A stretch of 62,303 bases of DNA, filler included, from Sphacelaria rigidula (taxonomy: Eukaryota): the NCBI GenBank assembly GCA_964200075.2. It is 8 parts of 8 records of this genome, joined end to end, with 100 filler letters (N's around TTAATTAATTAA, not from the genome) between each part and the next. Parts side by side here need not be neighbours in the genome. Positions count along the whole stretch, not along the records: positions 23,405 to 31,104 come from CAXNAA020013746.1; positions 31,205 to 38,904 come from CAXNAA020013747.1; 6 more parts are not named here. One strand, 5' to 3'. A program made the translations under genes and the position numbers. Shown piece after piece: positions 23,791 through 35,960 of the stretch (its first letter is position 1; each line of letters starts with the position of its first letter). The notes under the pieces were generated by a model. It ran no database searches and was not told where the DNA came from. It saw only the letters and a program-made list of their open reading frames with translations.

Positions 23791-24766
23791 AACAATACGA
23801 GAGAGGGCGTAGGTATACAGCAACTAAATAAAAAATTCAAAAGACGAGGGCCCACCCGGTGCGGGCGTGTGCTGATTGATGGTCACGATCCATCTCCGCG
23901 ATACATTACGAAGTTACAAGGCGTTTACCTTGGGAAATATTATGGGTTGATTCCCTCGAAAACATGGACTCGTCCCGAGGAACGGGACAGGTTGAAAGTG
24001 CGAAAGTGTGATGAAAAACAAGCAAAAAACACTCATCATTCATGGAGTTTTTTTTTTTAAATCAGCACGTCAGCACCGACAAATACGAAGCGAAATAGTA
24101 TATTTACACTGCAAAACGGTCGTACTCCACTGTCTAGCTCGGTTTCATTCAAACAGGGGAACCGAACGCACGGACACATCCTTCGCGGACGTCCACAATA
24201 GATTTCAACGACGCTGTTACACAAAAACAAACACACTAAAATTTACACCAAGGGATATACCGCGTATCCTCTCTCTGCTGCACTGTTCGATGCCCACGCA
24301 GAAACGACGTTATTTTCTGTCGAGGTGCGCCGTGCTGATCGTTCTGCTAATGCGCGTGTTCACCGCATATTCCCCAAGATGGTCAGATCGTTCGCGTGTT
24401 GCTTTTCTGAATGGTTCATCGCACCTGTCTGTCTGCGTACCTGTATGACTCTTCTTTTCCTTCACGTCGTCCTTCTTTTATCTAATCGGTCTCACTTCAG
24501 CGTGTCCCCCCCCCCCGATGCACTTTCAACTCTTCCCCTTCCTCGGGACAAGTCCATGGTTTCAACAAATCAATCGACACATATCTGGCTCGGGACACCC
24601 CTCACATTTATATACTGTACTGTATAGCGATTGGATCATGACCACCAGCACTCCCGCACGGCGTCGCCTCCCGTAAAACAAACTCAGTCGACAACAAAAC
24701 GCCTCCTGTTACTCTCCTATCCCGTCCTCCAGCTTCCAACGATGGGAATTATAATACATACTTGAA

Positions 24767-24836
24767 CGCTTCCTGGCGGGAATTGAACCCACGTTGTCCG
24801 ACCTAAGGATGAAGCTTGTACCATTAGACCACCCTG
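24767..24836 (-). mobile_element. tRNA-like SINE head (family C)
   Basis: ggtggtctaatggtac...cgtgggttcaattcccgcc has A and B boxes but no good anticodon arm. Confidence 0.55.
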
Positions 24837-24868
24837 CAGCTTCAGCGACGGTTCACGTGTAATTGTCC

Positions 24869-25013
24869 ACACCCTGGATAATGACAAAATATTATATTGT
24901 AAAAATATATACTGCGTACAGTATGGAATCTTTCGTCTGCTGCAATAAGCGCAATAGTCGATACTGTGCACAGTTCATTTTTTACAGTGTTAATTCTATT
25001 TTGTCCAGGGTGT
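24869..25013. mobile_element. small foldback element
   Basis: acaccctggataa...tgtaaaaat...actgcgtacagtat versus atactgtgcacagt...tttttaca...ttgtccagggtgt. Confidence 0.55.
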
Positions 25014-25122
25014 GTGTAATTGTTGCCTTGGGTACGCCTTCCTTGTGACTACGGCTGCCTTCGTAGTGGAGCAGTAAATAGGGGACAAACCAAGCAACTC
25101 ATAAAATCGATCAGTACAATAC

Positions 25123-25255
25123 CTTGATGGCCGACACGATGCTGCCCACGTCATCTGCGCTACCCACCATGCCGTCGTCCGCTACCGCTGCCGCTGCCAT
25201 CTTCAACACCCGCTTTTGGTAGCCATGCCCCATCTCTGATCTCAACACCTTTATG
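25123..25255 (-). CDS. exon, dynein light chain LC8-like domain (N-terminal half)
   Basis: cgtgcag|C ATA ... AAG|gtattg; IKVLRSEMGHGYQKRVLKMAAAAV...IVSAIK resembles LC8 [23 protein letters not shown]...IAAYIK; family assignment is by eye. Confidence 0.6.
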
Positions 25256-25283
25256 CTGCACGCAGGAATCAGGAAAGGGCTTC

Positions 25284-25362
<79 letters not shown>
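25284..25362. repeat. compound (GTT)n(GCT)n microsatellite
   Basis: read directly; intronic, about 30 bp from the 25255 acceptor. Confidence 0.95.
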
Positions 25363-26661
25363 TATCGATCGTAATCTATTAGTGTTGCAGGTAGCGGTGT
25401 CGATGGAACATGACCAAATCGATACTATCGGCGGAAAAACTGGGAGCAGAACAAAAGGCGGGAATGGTGATCGCACTGTGTGCTGTACAGCAAGTACCTA
25501 CTGAATTAAGCAGAGGGCGAAGCAATTCAATGTAATCCACACAGTTGAAAAAGGGGGAACGGAAATCATATCGTATATACTACTTTCTTAGTCTAGCAGA
25601 TACGTACTGAATTAAGCAGAGGGTGAATCAATTCAACGTCAAGCACAGAGTCGAATCTTGACTCTCTCGACGGCGAATGTTTGGGGATCTTCATTGCAGA
25701 AGGAGTCGTCGATCAGAATCAAGTGAAACAAATCGCATTGGGACATAGTGTATGTATGTGCATAGAGATACCTGAAAATGGCAAATTTGCAGTCCAAGGA
25801 GTTAGCCAAATCACAGGTCTATGCACGGCGACCGTCCATAGAGTATGCAGTCACCACACAACACATAGCTGAAAGTGCGGTGGATATGCCTAGGCCAGGT
25901 GCACGGAGTGGCACGTGCCTGGGGTGACAGGACCAAGTCCTTCATCCGTAACGCCTACAAACTCCACTCGAAATGACATTTTCTTCGAATAAAAGAACAA
26001 TAATGGCTCGAACATACTTCGTATATACCCAGCGCGCAGTGAAGATCGCCACCCCACGGCGCGGGCGCAGCGAACACTTGGCAAAACATAAGCGACCGAT
26101 TCGTGACCCCATAATTACGCCTTAACGGAAACAATCAAAATAGACCCGGCGGGTGAATGCACCCCGGCCTATTCAGCAGGGGTACAAGGATGGAACCATG
26201 CGATCGTTATTTGTCTTGGTTGGTCATATTTGGTTCTTGATCTCAGTTTTAGTTTGGCTTGGCTTCGCGCGTCAAGTGAGAGCGATGGGCTCTTGTCTCT
26301 TCCAGTCCGAATGGTCGCCTGCTGCCGCGTCTGATTTTTTCTGGGGTTTTATAGTAATTTTTTTTATCGCGTCTGGGTTGATTTTTCCCAGGTCCCATTT
26401 CATTTTTGCCCTTGATTTACTTGTACCTTATTTTGAGTAGTTAGCCTGTTACCAGAGAAGGCGTCCGCATCAGATAGACCAGTACGGGTGTTACTAGATA
26501 CTGCGCAGAGATCGAGACTTTTTTTTATTTCATGTGACGACATAATGATGATCAACATCCAATACTCAACGGTAATACTTGTCAAGTGCGATACAAGTGC
26601 AGGATAAGAGACGAGACGGGTTAATCCTCGAGACTGCGGGCTAAACACCGCAAAAAAACTG

Positions 26662-26767
26662 GTGGGGGGGGGGAGGGGGGTGTACTCATTTGTTGCTTGC
26701 CTTAGTCGTTTAACCATTGACCACGCATCCCTTTCGAGACGGAGCACCGGGGGGGGGGGGGGGGGGG
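26662..26767 (-). mobile_element. LINE family 1 3' fragment between two G runs
   Basis: G-rich run-tgtactcatttgttgcttgcc...cgagacggagcacc-G19. Confidence 0.8.
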
Positions 26768-27470
26768 AGAGGAGAGGTTTGACCCTTCCGCGCGCCAGAT
26801 CTCCTTTTGGGACGATACATCGCCGGTGGATCTCCGACGTCGGCAATCCCGGCGCCTAAGCCAGGCAGCTTCTCTCTGCTTGCCAGCACCATCCCCCTAA
26901 GGACACCATGCCGTGTATTCCGTGCTCTCCACCCCCTCAGCCAATGCAATTGATTTGATTCATCATTTGATTAATTGACCGCCGCACATGAACTGACTCC
27001 CGAGGGAGCCCGTCTTGGTCATTATCTACAAGATAGACGTACCCAAGGTATAAAAAAAACGGAAACGCTCGCTAAAGATGAAAAGAAAAGTGTACAAAAA
27101 AAAACTCCCAAAAAGATGGAACAAATAAAAGAAGAAAACTGAGAAGCCAAAACCAGAATCAAAACATGAAATGCTCACCCAAGTCTGCTATTTCTAGCAT
27201 TTTCCCAGCGGTGGGTATAGAGTCGATCCGTGACAATCGACAGCGAATAGGCTTCTACTTATTATGCAAGCACGGGTTCTAAAAAAATCGTTTATTTTGA
27301 AAATAATGATCGGTCACATGCACATAGAATCCGTGCTAGCATAATAAGTAGAAGCATAACAGCGAACGAAGTGCTAAAACAAAAAAGCACCGAGAAAAAA
27401 GAAACGTACGAACACCTCGACTTCGTAACGTGCAGTGTGGCCCGCGGCGATCCTCCCCCCCTCCCCGTAC

Positions 27471-27640
27471 CTTGTACGCCCTGCACCTCGTGCACTGCTC
27501 GCACTAACGCTATCCGCTTGTGTGTCCTCGTCGTCAAGCGACGTTTGTGGGGTTGGGGTTGTTTCCGGGGCGGGAGGCGCTGATTTAAACGCCATGATCT
27601 TCATGCCTGAACTCTCGAATATAAAGCACTTTCCTCGCCA
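27471..27640 (-). CDS. exon, C-terminal strands of an LC8-like domain plus low-complexity linker
   Basis: cttgcag|TGG ... AG|gtacgg; WRGKCFIFESSGMKIMAFKS resembles LC8 HFIYFYLGQVAILLFKS; phase 2 joins exon 25123-25255. Confidence 0.6.
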
Positions 27641-28235
27641 CTGCAAGCCAGGTACAGGACGAACAGGAGCAGGAGGGGAGTGTGGGGGGAGGACGACCAG
27701 GGCAAGCAGCAGCAGGCACGTATTGCAGTAGGATTACGTCTATTATTGTAGTGGGGGTGAAGCGGTCAAGTGTAGCTCGCTTTTTCCTCGCGTAAGGTTT
27801 GTTGTCCTTGTTGTTGCTTCATTACGGTAGACCATTGCGTTCACCGGACCCCGCGAAACCTTTACAAGCAACCCCGGGTCCGAGAAATCGAATTGAGCTA
27901 ATATGTGACTCAATACATGAAGAAAACTCGGGGCATGAGTTACGATTTTCCGATTTTTTCGGCGCCAGGTGTATTTTCGGAACAGTACCGCAGGTCGACT
28001 TCCGGCGTGGGAAACCTACCTCAACACTAAAGCTGAGGAGCCCTCCTCTATTCAGTGACACTATGCCGTCGATCATTTTTTTATTCCCAATACCTGAATT
28101 GTGTAGTATTACCCGATCAAAGCATCTTATTTTTTTCATATTTTTCTGTGATCGGTGTATAGGGTCCATGATCCCAGCTCGCGCTCATAAGGGGATGATC
28201 AACGCGTGACCCTTTTGCTACCGCGAAGATATTTG

Positions 28236-29015
28236 CAAGGGCAGGTCGAGTAGAGTATACTAAATCGCGGGGTACTGCGAAAGTCGTACTTAAAGACCAC
28301 AAATTGGGGATACGGTTTTAGGGATCGCTTTCCAGTTGCTTTTTGGGTACGACTCCTAACAATCTACCCTGATTTGTGTACCTCAAGCACGTATTTCAAA
28401 ATACCCCGCAATTGAGTATACGTCAGTATTTTCGAGTCCATTCTTCTCCTCAGACAGTATGGGGTCAAAACAGTGGTATCACCTTCCACGGAGGTCGGTA
28501 TATACACTTGTCGTGAATAGGAAGAGGAATGAGTGTTGCTTGAACTGGTGATGAGCGGTTAAGCAACATTCACTTCCTTCTAACTATTCCCGACTGTAAT
28601 AAATTTGGAGTAACGATTGGACTGAAAATAATTCTGCCGGGTGGGCGGGTGGTGTCTCAACAGATCACTGTTTTATCTTTGTTTTCCTGTGGAAAACAGG
28701 GGATGAAATTGAAAGTGAGGAGAGTGGCTGACATCTCACAGGCCTGCCTTTCTTATCTCATGACGTAGTTTGGAAATATTACATCTTTATCGAATGACTT
28801 TATTGATAATACGTCAGTATTTTCGAGTCCATTCTTCTCCTCAGACAGTATGGTGGCAAAACAGTGGTATCACCTTCCACGGTCGGTGTATACACTCCTT
28901 CCCTTACTCCAGAAGCTCTCTGGTTGACCGAAGTCATTTGAAGGGCTTCTAATATACCCCATACAGTATTATTAGACATCAACGTGTTGAGTATACTCTA
29001 CTCGACCTGCCCTTG
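28236..29015. mobile_element. non-autonomous hAT-type transposon (780 bp)
   Basis: perfect 26-bp TIR CAAGGGCAGGTCGAGTAGAGTATACT; perfect 8-bp TSD GATATTTG at 28228-28235 and 29016-29023; internal direct repeat of about 90 bp at 28419-28508 and 28810-28897. Confidence 0.92.
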
Positions 29016-29271
29016 GATATTTGGATCTTTATTGTACTGCGGGATGATTCGTCGCTGTAAATCAAGCCACGAACGTCTCCACTGGCGTACGTACAATGCG
29101 AAGGCGGCAATGGAACCTGATTGACTTCGCAGTAAAAAAAACGGTCCAGAGACGTGTCAATCAACTGTCCCTCCCTTTGTGTGGTCTAGTCGGCAACGTT
29201 CATCACCAAGAAACAAAACGAAAATATCAATCCGAGGGTCTACACGTTACACGCGTTACGTGTCACGTTTC

Positions 29272-29530
29272 CAAGGGTCGGACAAATCAATGATTCGTCT
29301 GGAAATTACTTGGTTTCAGTGTCATTAATTCGAATCGTACGAATCAATCCCTGGGCTTTGTTTCTCAAGCGTTGCAACCCAGGTACACGCAGCCCAGACA
29401 CGTGGAATGGCACAAAAATTGCGTGGATACCCCTTGGACCAGCGGTCAACTTTTTTCTCCCTTTTGGGCAACCAGGCCGAAGAAATCGAGGATTTGGTGA
29501 TCGAACCCGTGATGTTCCATCCTAACCGTG
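29272..29530 (+). mobile_element. hAT-type MITE family B (259 bp)
   Basis: starts CAAGGGTCGGAC, ends TCCTAACCGTG; perfect 8-bp TSD CACGTTTC at 29264-29271 and 29531-29538. Confidence 0.88.
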
Positions 29531-29539
29531 CACGTTTCA

Positions 29540-29674
29540 CGTCAAAAGTGAAGCCAGGCTAGTACTACGGCGGGGGACCACGTGAGGAGCCCTGATTTAA
29601 CTTGATTTTCCAAAAGGGCTCCCCACGTGGTCCCCGTCCCGCACCATAGTATAAGCCTGGCTTAACTTTTGACG
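29540..29674. repeat. long hairpin / miniature inverted-repeat element
   Basis: cgtcaaaagtgaagccaggct...ggggaccacgtgaggagccct pairs with agggctccccacgtggtcccc...agcctggcttaacttttgacg. Confidence 0.8.
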
Positions 29675-30424
29675 ACTTTTGACATGAAATGTGAAGGTAA
29701 CGGGGGTAACGCGTAGACCCTTGAAAACATCAAATTTGTCCGTGACGTATAAAAATGAACGCTACTACAGTCATATCCAGTATACTGTACCCACGAAGAA
29801 ATAACGCGTTGGACAGTGTTACCCAAGGTCGGCCTCCCGAGCAGTGCGTGCCCCGTTGTGCTGGACAGTGTTGGAGGGTTGGTAGGTGCATAGCAAGTGA
29901 CGATTGAAACTATGCCGAGAGCAGAAAGCGACGCGGATCTGCTGTAATCGCCCCCACAAGCCGGCGAAGGAAAACATACCAACACGGCATGGCGCACCCT
30001 CGACAGTACAGTAGACTACATGAATAGAAGTGTACCGCGTACAGTGCGGGAGCGGAAAAACTGCTTCTCAGGTACCCGGTACACTTTCTTATCCTTTTTC
30101 TGGTCATTGTTCTCACTTTTAACTCCTCTCCTCCCCTCCCTCGGGACGAATCCGTGTTCCCAACGTATCAATCAACCCAATTCTCCCCTGCTACAACACA
30201 CGCCTGACATTTTAGTACCGCATCACGGATTGGATTAGCAATCCCGCACCGCTTCGGCCGTCATCTCACAAACTCAGCTAAGTAGACTCTCTTTTTCTTG
30301 ATTTTCACGTACGCCCTCACGCTTTCAACGTCAATAGTTGCAATAGGCCTATACTCTACCCAGTACATTTTTATCGATTGCATCTATTGACCATATATTG
30401 TCATTATCCAGGGTGTGAACTAGA

Positions 30425-30503
30425 CGCATCTCGCGGGCGGGAATCGAACCCGCGTTTCTGCCCCGCCATAATGGCGGCAGGTGTACCATTAGACCGCCGG
30501 TGC
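30425..30503 (-). mobile_element. tRNA-like SINE head (family C)
   Basis: gcaccggcggtctaatggtac...gcgggttcgattcccgc; related to 24767-24836. Confidence 0.6.
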
Positions 30504-30828
30504 GCTGCGGCATCGACATATACTCACGTATCGAACGTTCACGCGGAAGTCTCGTCCGACCATGCAGTGCCACTCCGGTCCGTGCTGAGGATTCCGCCAT
30601 GGATAGATGGGCGCACACAGCACACGCACACGGGATGCGGGCGCGGGCAAGTAACTTGAAAAAAAAAGGAGAAACATTAACGGGGAAACACGGCAGCGTT
30701 AGGGTCTTACGCCACCGAAACTCATCACATATTTAAGAAAGCAGAGGGCTTCCGACCTCCCGAACTTCACAAGACTCGATCGGCCGGGCCTGCACATGTC
30801 AGGCGAGAGAGCAACGGAGCTGGCTCAC

Positions 30829-30927
30829 ACGATATACCCTTTCTTTTAGCTCTACGGTTCCGGCCAAGAAAATGTTGGGGAATGCAGTGTACTGGGTGGT
30901 ACTCGAGACACTTTCGTCACGGCAAAC
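30829..30927 (-). CDS. candidate exon (may belong to the contig 4 gene)
   Basis: ccccag|GTT ... CGT|gtgagc, 33 open codons VCRDESVSSTTQYTAFPNIFLAGTVELKERVYR; the other two frames have stops; no recognised motif. Confidence 0.3.
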
Positions 30928-31104
30928 CTGGGGCGAACAACCCGTCAATATTTCTGTGAAGAGCCGACAAGGGTGCGGGGGTGCTGGGGTACTGGCCCAG
31001 CCTTCGACAACGAGGTGCACGGCATGCCAAAACAGGGGTGGGGGGGGGGGTGGGGGGCGGACTCACTTATTACATGACTTAGACATTTGAAAAATGACCA
31101 CGCA

Positions 31105-31204
31105 NNNNNNNNNNNNNNNNNNNNNNNNNNNNNNNNNNNNNNNNNNNNTTAATTAATTAANNNNNNNNNNNNNNNNNNNNNNNNNNNNNNNNNNNNNNNN
31201 NNNN
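31105..31204. other. artificial contig linker
   Basis: same 100-bp string. Confidence 0.97.
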
Positions 31205-32685
31205 CGCACGATTTTTTGTTCAGAGGCCAATCTCGAAACCTCGGAGACAAGCGGATCTGAAAAGCAGACTATGCTCCTCTCTGTGGGGTGATGCAAAGTG
31301 TCCGAGACGTGTGCTGGCGGTTTTCTTGGTTTGGGGGTCAAAAGGTGGGTCAAACGTCCCAAAGTGAACAATCCGTGGGCCAAAAATCTGTTTGCCATAA
31401 CATCCGGCCTTATCTCAATTTATTAGCTCTATTTTTAGAGTGGTGATTTCAAACTCAGGATCAAGAACTACAGAGGTATGCTGAACAACAACAAAAAATC
31501 GGCTTTAGGTTAGTTTGGTTTTTGGAAAGATTCGGGCGTTCTCGTAAAAAATGATGGTTCTCATGCTGAAACGCCCGAAACCAGTGGGAAATTGAGAAAA
31601 TCAACCTGATCCACTTTGCATCGTCAATTATGCCCTCGCCACGGCCCACACAAAGTTTCAATACACAAAACACCAAATGCGGGCCGGTAAGTGGCCTGCA
31701 AAATACTATCCCGAATTTCTTCTGGCCCCGTCACCAAACGGCCCATTGTACGGCCAATATTTAGAGTTGGACCTTGAAATTTGGTATGGACAATGAATAG
31801 GACATGATAAAGGCAAAACCCAGTGCACACGAGTCTTTTAAAAAATAGATTGCTCTGCTTTGCATCGCGCTTCCAATTTTATTTTCCCTTGTTATGATGG
31901 AAAAAAAGCGTAATCGGGGCACCAGTAGAAGCACGGAAAAAAAGAACCCTGAAAAGTCATGAAGTATAAACCCACTGAAGCTCTCGCATCTCGCACGCGT
32001 GAATAACAGTCTACATGCATCACACGAGCTCGGGCACTCACACAGCCCGTAGCCATCGTTCAAGCCATCACACGGTGCAAACGGCCTCGTAGCGGTCGAG
32101 AAACGCGCCTGCAGCACAGTACAAAACAATACCGCCAACTGACTGGAGGTGGGCATAATCTGTGTCCAAGTTGCGAGTTGGACATAGCTCATGTCCACCT
32201 CCAGGGATTGGAATACCTGTCCGCGCTCGTCTCATGTGCCTTGCATCGATACCACAGCAGCTGCAATACACTCACACATCCCGTAGCCACCGTTCAAGCC
32301 ATCGCAGGGTGCAAACGGCCGGGTAGTACAGGAGAAACCCGCCTGCTACACACAGGGCCAAAAGTTACATATATCTGCACCGGACTGGACTTGGACACAG
32401 CCTTTGTCAAAAACGCGACTTAGGCAACTTGGACATAAGCTATGTTGGCTGGAGGCATGGGAGCACGTAATCATGTGCTTGCGATTGATGGCGGTTAAGT
32501 TGCAGACAAGAACGCCAACAGGTGATTGCCGCTAATACGTTCTAGCCGCATTGTTCCGCGATGCACTGAGGGTTTAGCCAGCGTGATTAGCATGTATTCA
32601 TTGTAAAGACAGAGTTCAATAAACTAGAAATGTGCTGCGATTAGCACGTCTCATATGTCTTGCATCGACACCCAACAAGGAGAAG

Positions 32686-33520
32686 AAGTAATAGCAGCAG
32701 TATTAGCAGCATATTTCCTGCCAGGAGATGTACGCGGCTGGGGGTGGGTCTGAATCAGCCGGTGCCAATACTGCTGCTGCTGCTGCTGCCGTTTCTCCTC
32801 ATGGGAGAGACGGTCTGCGTTTCGATCGTGCTACAACGCCCACGCACCTTGCGCGTGATAGCCACCGTGCTGGAAGACGCTGGTACGTACTACCCGCTGA
32901 CGCTTCCCCACTAGGCCAAGTGTTGGGAGATCTAGCTGTGGGCATCTCTGTGCGAGCTGCGCACGTCGGGTGTGTCTCGCACGCGTGGCTACTGCTGGTG
33001 ATGGGAATGAAGCCAGCGTCCAGTACAGGGGAACAAGCGATACGTTCTGTACTCGTACTAAAAATGCTATGTGGGTAACAACGCGCAAACAGATCACAGA
33101 CGGTTTCAAGTAGGGAGGAGCCAATAACGTGCCAGGTGCATGGGTTTTGTCACACGTCAAGACGCGGACCGCCGCCCGCACGAGATGCAGCAGTAGCAGC
33201 AGCGGCGGCAGCAGCAGCAATATCAGCAGCATATTTATTACCAGTAAATGTACGCGGCTGGGGGTGGGTCTGAATCAACCGGTGCCGATGCTGCTGCTGC
33301 TGCTCTTCATCGTAGACGGTCCGCGTTTCGACCGTGCGACAACACCCACACACCTTGCGAGTGATAGCCAGCGTGCTGGACAGCGCTGGTACGTACCACC
33401 CGCCGATGGGTCCATGCTTGCTTACTCGGCGAAGTTCTGGGAGATATAGCTGTGGGCATCTCTCTGTGGGAGCTGTGCACGTGGAGTGTATCTCCCACGC
33501 GTGGCTATTGCTGGTGATGG
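32686..33520. repeat. direct repeat pair of about 320 bp (32686-33005 and 33205-33520)
   Basis: shared blocks such as atgtacgcggctgggggtgggtctgaatca and gtgatagcca.cgtgctgga. Confidence 0.9.
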
Positions 33521-34640
33521 CATTGTGTGGTTTCTGTTTGACAAAGATGAAAACAATAGGGATAAAAGTATGTGGGAGGGGAGACACGTTTTGGGCAATT
33601 TTTGGGCAAGGTTCTTGAAAGATTCTGATTGGTTCCGAAAACATTCTGAAAAAAACGAAACGCTTTTCTGTTACAGGAAGCCAATGCCTAATTTGAGATG
33701 ACCTGAGACAACAACCAGTTTGAAAATTGGAATGAGTTAAGGGCAATGATCAGTTTCTAGTATCAGTAAAATGCCCCTAAATCATGAAAAATAATAATGT
33801 GTGCACTAGTATTTGTTTTTATTATGCCCTATAGATTGGCCACATCAAATTTCAGGGTCCAACTCAAAATAATAACCAAACAGTGGGCGTGCAAACTACG
33901 CATTCGCTCCTCGGCTGGCCCAGCTCGTAGTGTGGGTAGGATTTCAATACTTCACCAAAATCTTCGGGTACTGAGAGTATGGCTTTGAAGAAATGCCGAA
34001 TATTGGGTATACCCCACCCGACCTGCCCTCGAATTGCTCCAAGGATGTGCGCAAAAGCGTGTTTGCGGAGATGAAATTCGGGTCTGGTCTTGGAGTCCAG
34101 AGCAAGACCGGAATGTCACCCGATTTCTGTTCAACAACTAGGTTTCAAAGACCCCACCGACTTTGGTGATGTCAAGACCAAATTTTGGTCTTCGGCTTGG
34201 TGTTTCCTATCGGTCAACGATCCCAAGTCCGCATTGTGGTTAGGATTACGACGGTCTGGGGAGCAGATTTGCCCCCAAAGTCCGCAGCCAAAAGCCCGTT
34301 TTGGTCTTTCAGATATACATGCTATTGGTCGAAAGGCCCGAAGGTTTTCCCGTTCCCCCGGCACATACCACACCAGCTCCATCATCGCGCGTATGGCGCA
34401 CACCAGGCCACACGCCGAGAACGGTTGGTGTGACAGTGGTGTTCTCATCGGGTCAGCACAGCAGCTTATATTATGCACAAGAACGAGTGTTAGGCACAAC
34501 TTGACACAGACAGCGAGTAGCTCGAACAAAATAAAACAAACGCGACGTGCAGCCGGCTTGCTAGAATGTGATACAGCAGGAGACGCTTTTTTACACCTCC
34601 CACAGATGAGGTCAACTCAAGGTGAATTGCAAGATTTTTG

Positions 34641-35960
34641 CGAGAAGCGCGATCATGACCAAGCGTTCAAAAATTGGCACTCGGCAGGAATCGAGGATCC
34701 GTCTGAAATGAGGGGAATAACTATGACATGGGACATTTGCTATTTCATCGTGCTGCAGCATAAACATACTCACTTCTTCTCATGTGCTGTAGCTATCACT
34801 GTGGTGTGGTGTGGTCGGACCTTTACGACGACGGTTTGGTGTCCGCTGGGATTGCGTGAGCTGCCTTACTGTCACTGCCTCGGTTTTTACAGAAAATGAG
34901 GAAAAATATGTTTTTCGGTGCGCAGTGCTATCTACACACTACTGTTGTGTGTTGTCTGTTTCGTCTCCCATCAAACGAACAAGGCGGTTCCCACACCCAT
35001 CGTTTCTATGCTGTAGTTGTCGTTGTGCTACTGTGCATTTGAACACGCTTCGACGAACGTGGTGTGATGTGCGCTGGAGAGTGCCTGAACAGTTGTAGTG
35101 CTGCATGCGGTGTTCCGGTAAGCATAGAAGTGGGGTGATATCAAAGTGCTGTACACTAGCTACTGTCTGTACACAATCGTGAACCGATAAAACGATCACG
35201 TGACGATTGTGCAGCTGTCTGTTGCGTCTCCGTCCGTACTTCAGCTGTAGTCGGGTGCTGGGATCGGAGAAGACACGCAAGGCGGACGCGTGAACGTTGG
35301 GGCAAACAAACTGAGTCAGCACGGAGCTACTCTATCCCAAGCGTTCGATGACAGGAGCTGTCTGCCTTGATGTCCCATGTAATAGTTCTTCCTCCCATTT
35401 CAGACGGGTCCTCATTTTTTGCCGAGTGCCAATTTTTGAACGCTTGGTCATGATCGCGCTTCGCGTGAAAGGTGCAATTATGGCCCAGCATTAGTGAATC
35501 GCCATTCGGACAAAATCGAGCCCATCCGAAATTAGGGGAAGACCTATCGCATGGGACATGTCCTGTGTCACTGTGCTGCAGTACAACCACACTCATGCGC
35601 GGTCTCTCGTGCTGTAGCTGTCGCTGCGCTGTGGTGTCTCCATGCCTTTTCGAAGACGGTTTGGTCTCCGCTGGGACTGACTGCGTGAGTTGCTTTGCTA
35701 CTGTCGTGGCGTTCGTCTCGTCGAAAACTCATGCTGTCAACACGTAGTGCCCTCTAGACACTGTTACTGTTGACACCTTCATGGTGCGTTAGCTATTTTG
35801 TCTCGAGTCAAACAAGGCGCTTCCCAAACCCACCATTCATATGCTGTAGTTGTTTCCGTGCTGTTGTGCATCTAAGCACTCTGTGACAATCACGGTTCGA
35901 TGGGCGCTCGAGAGTGCCTGGACAGCTGTAGTGCTGAATGCGGTGTTTCGGTATGCTCAG
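34641..35960. repeat. overlapping inverted (34641-34737 / 35370-35465) and direct (34728-35125 / 35550-35960) repeats
   Basis: gcgcgatcatgaccaagcgttcaaaaattggcactcggca occurs on both strands; both direct units start at catgggacat. Confidence 0.8.

Noticed and set aside
25253-25504. Poly-Val/poly-Ala and poly-Thr ORFs
   Set aside because: Translations of the (GTT)n(GCT)n microsatellite.
30425-30503. Functional tRNA genes (also 5172, 24767, 53078, 62238)
   Set aside because: A and B boxes are present but arms are irregular, and most continue into repeat bodies, so they are better explained as SINE heads. tRNAscan-SE would settle this.
34090-34899. 269-aa ORF
   Set aside because: No recognisable motif, and it runs across repeat modules that recur in inverted and direct form nearby.
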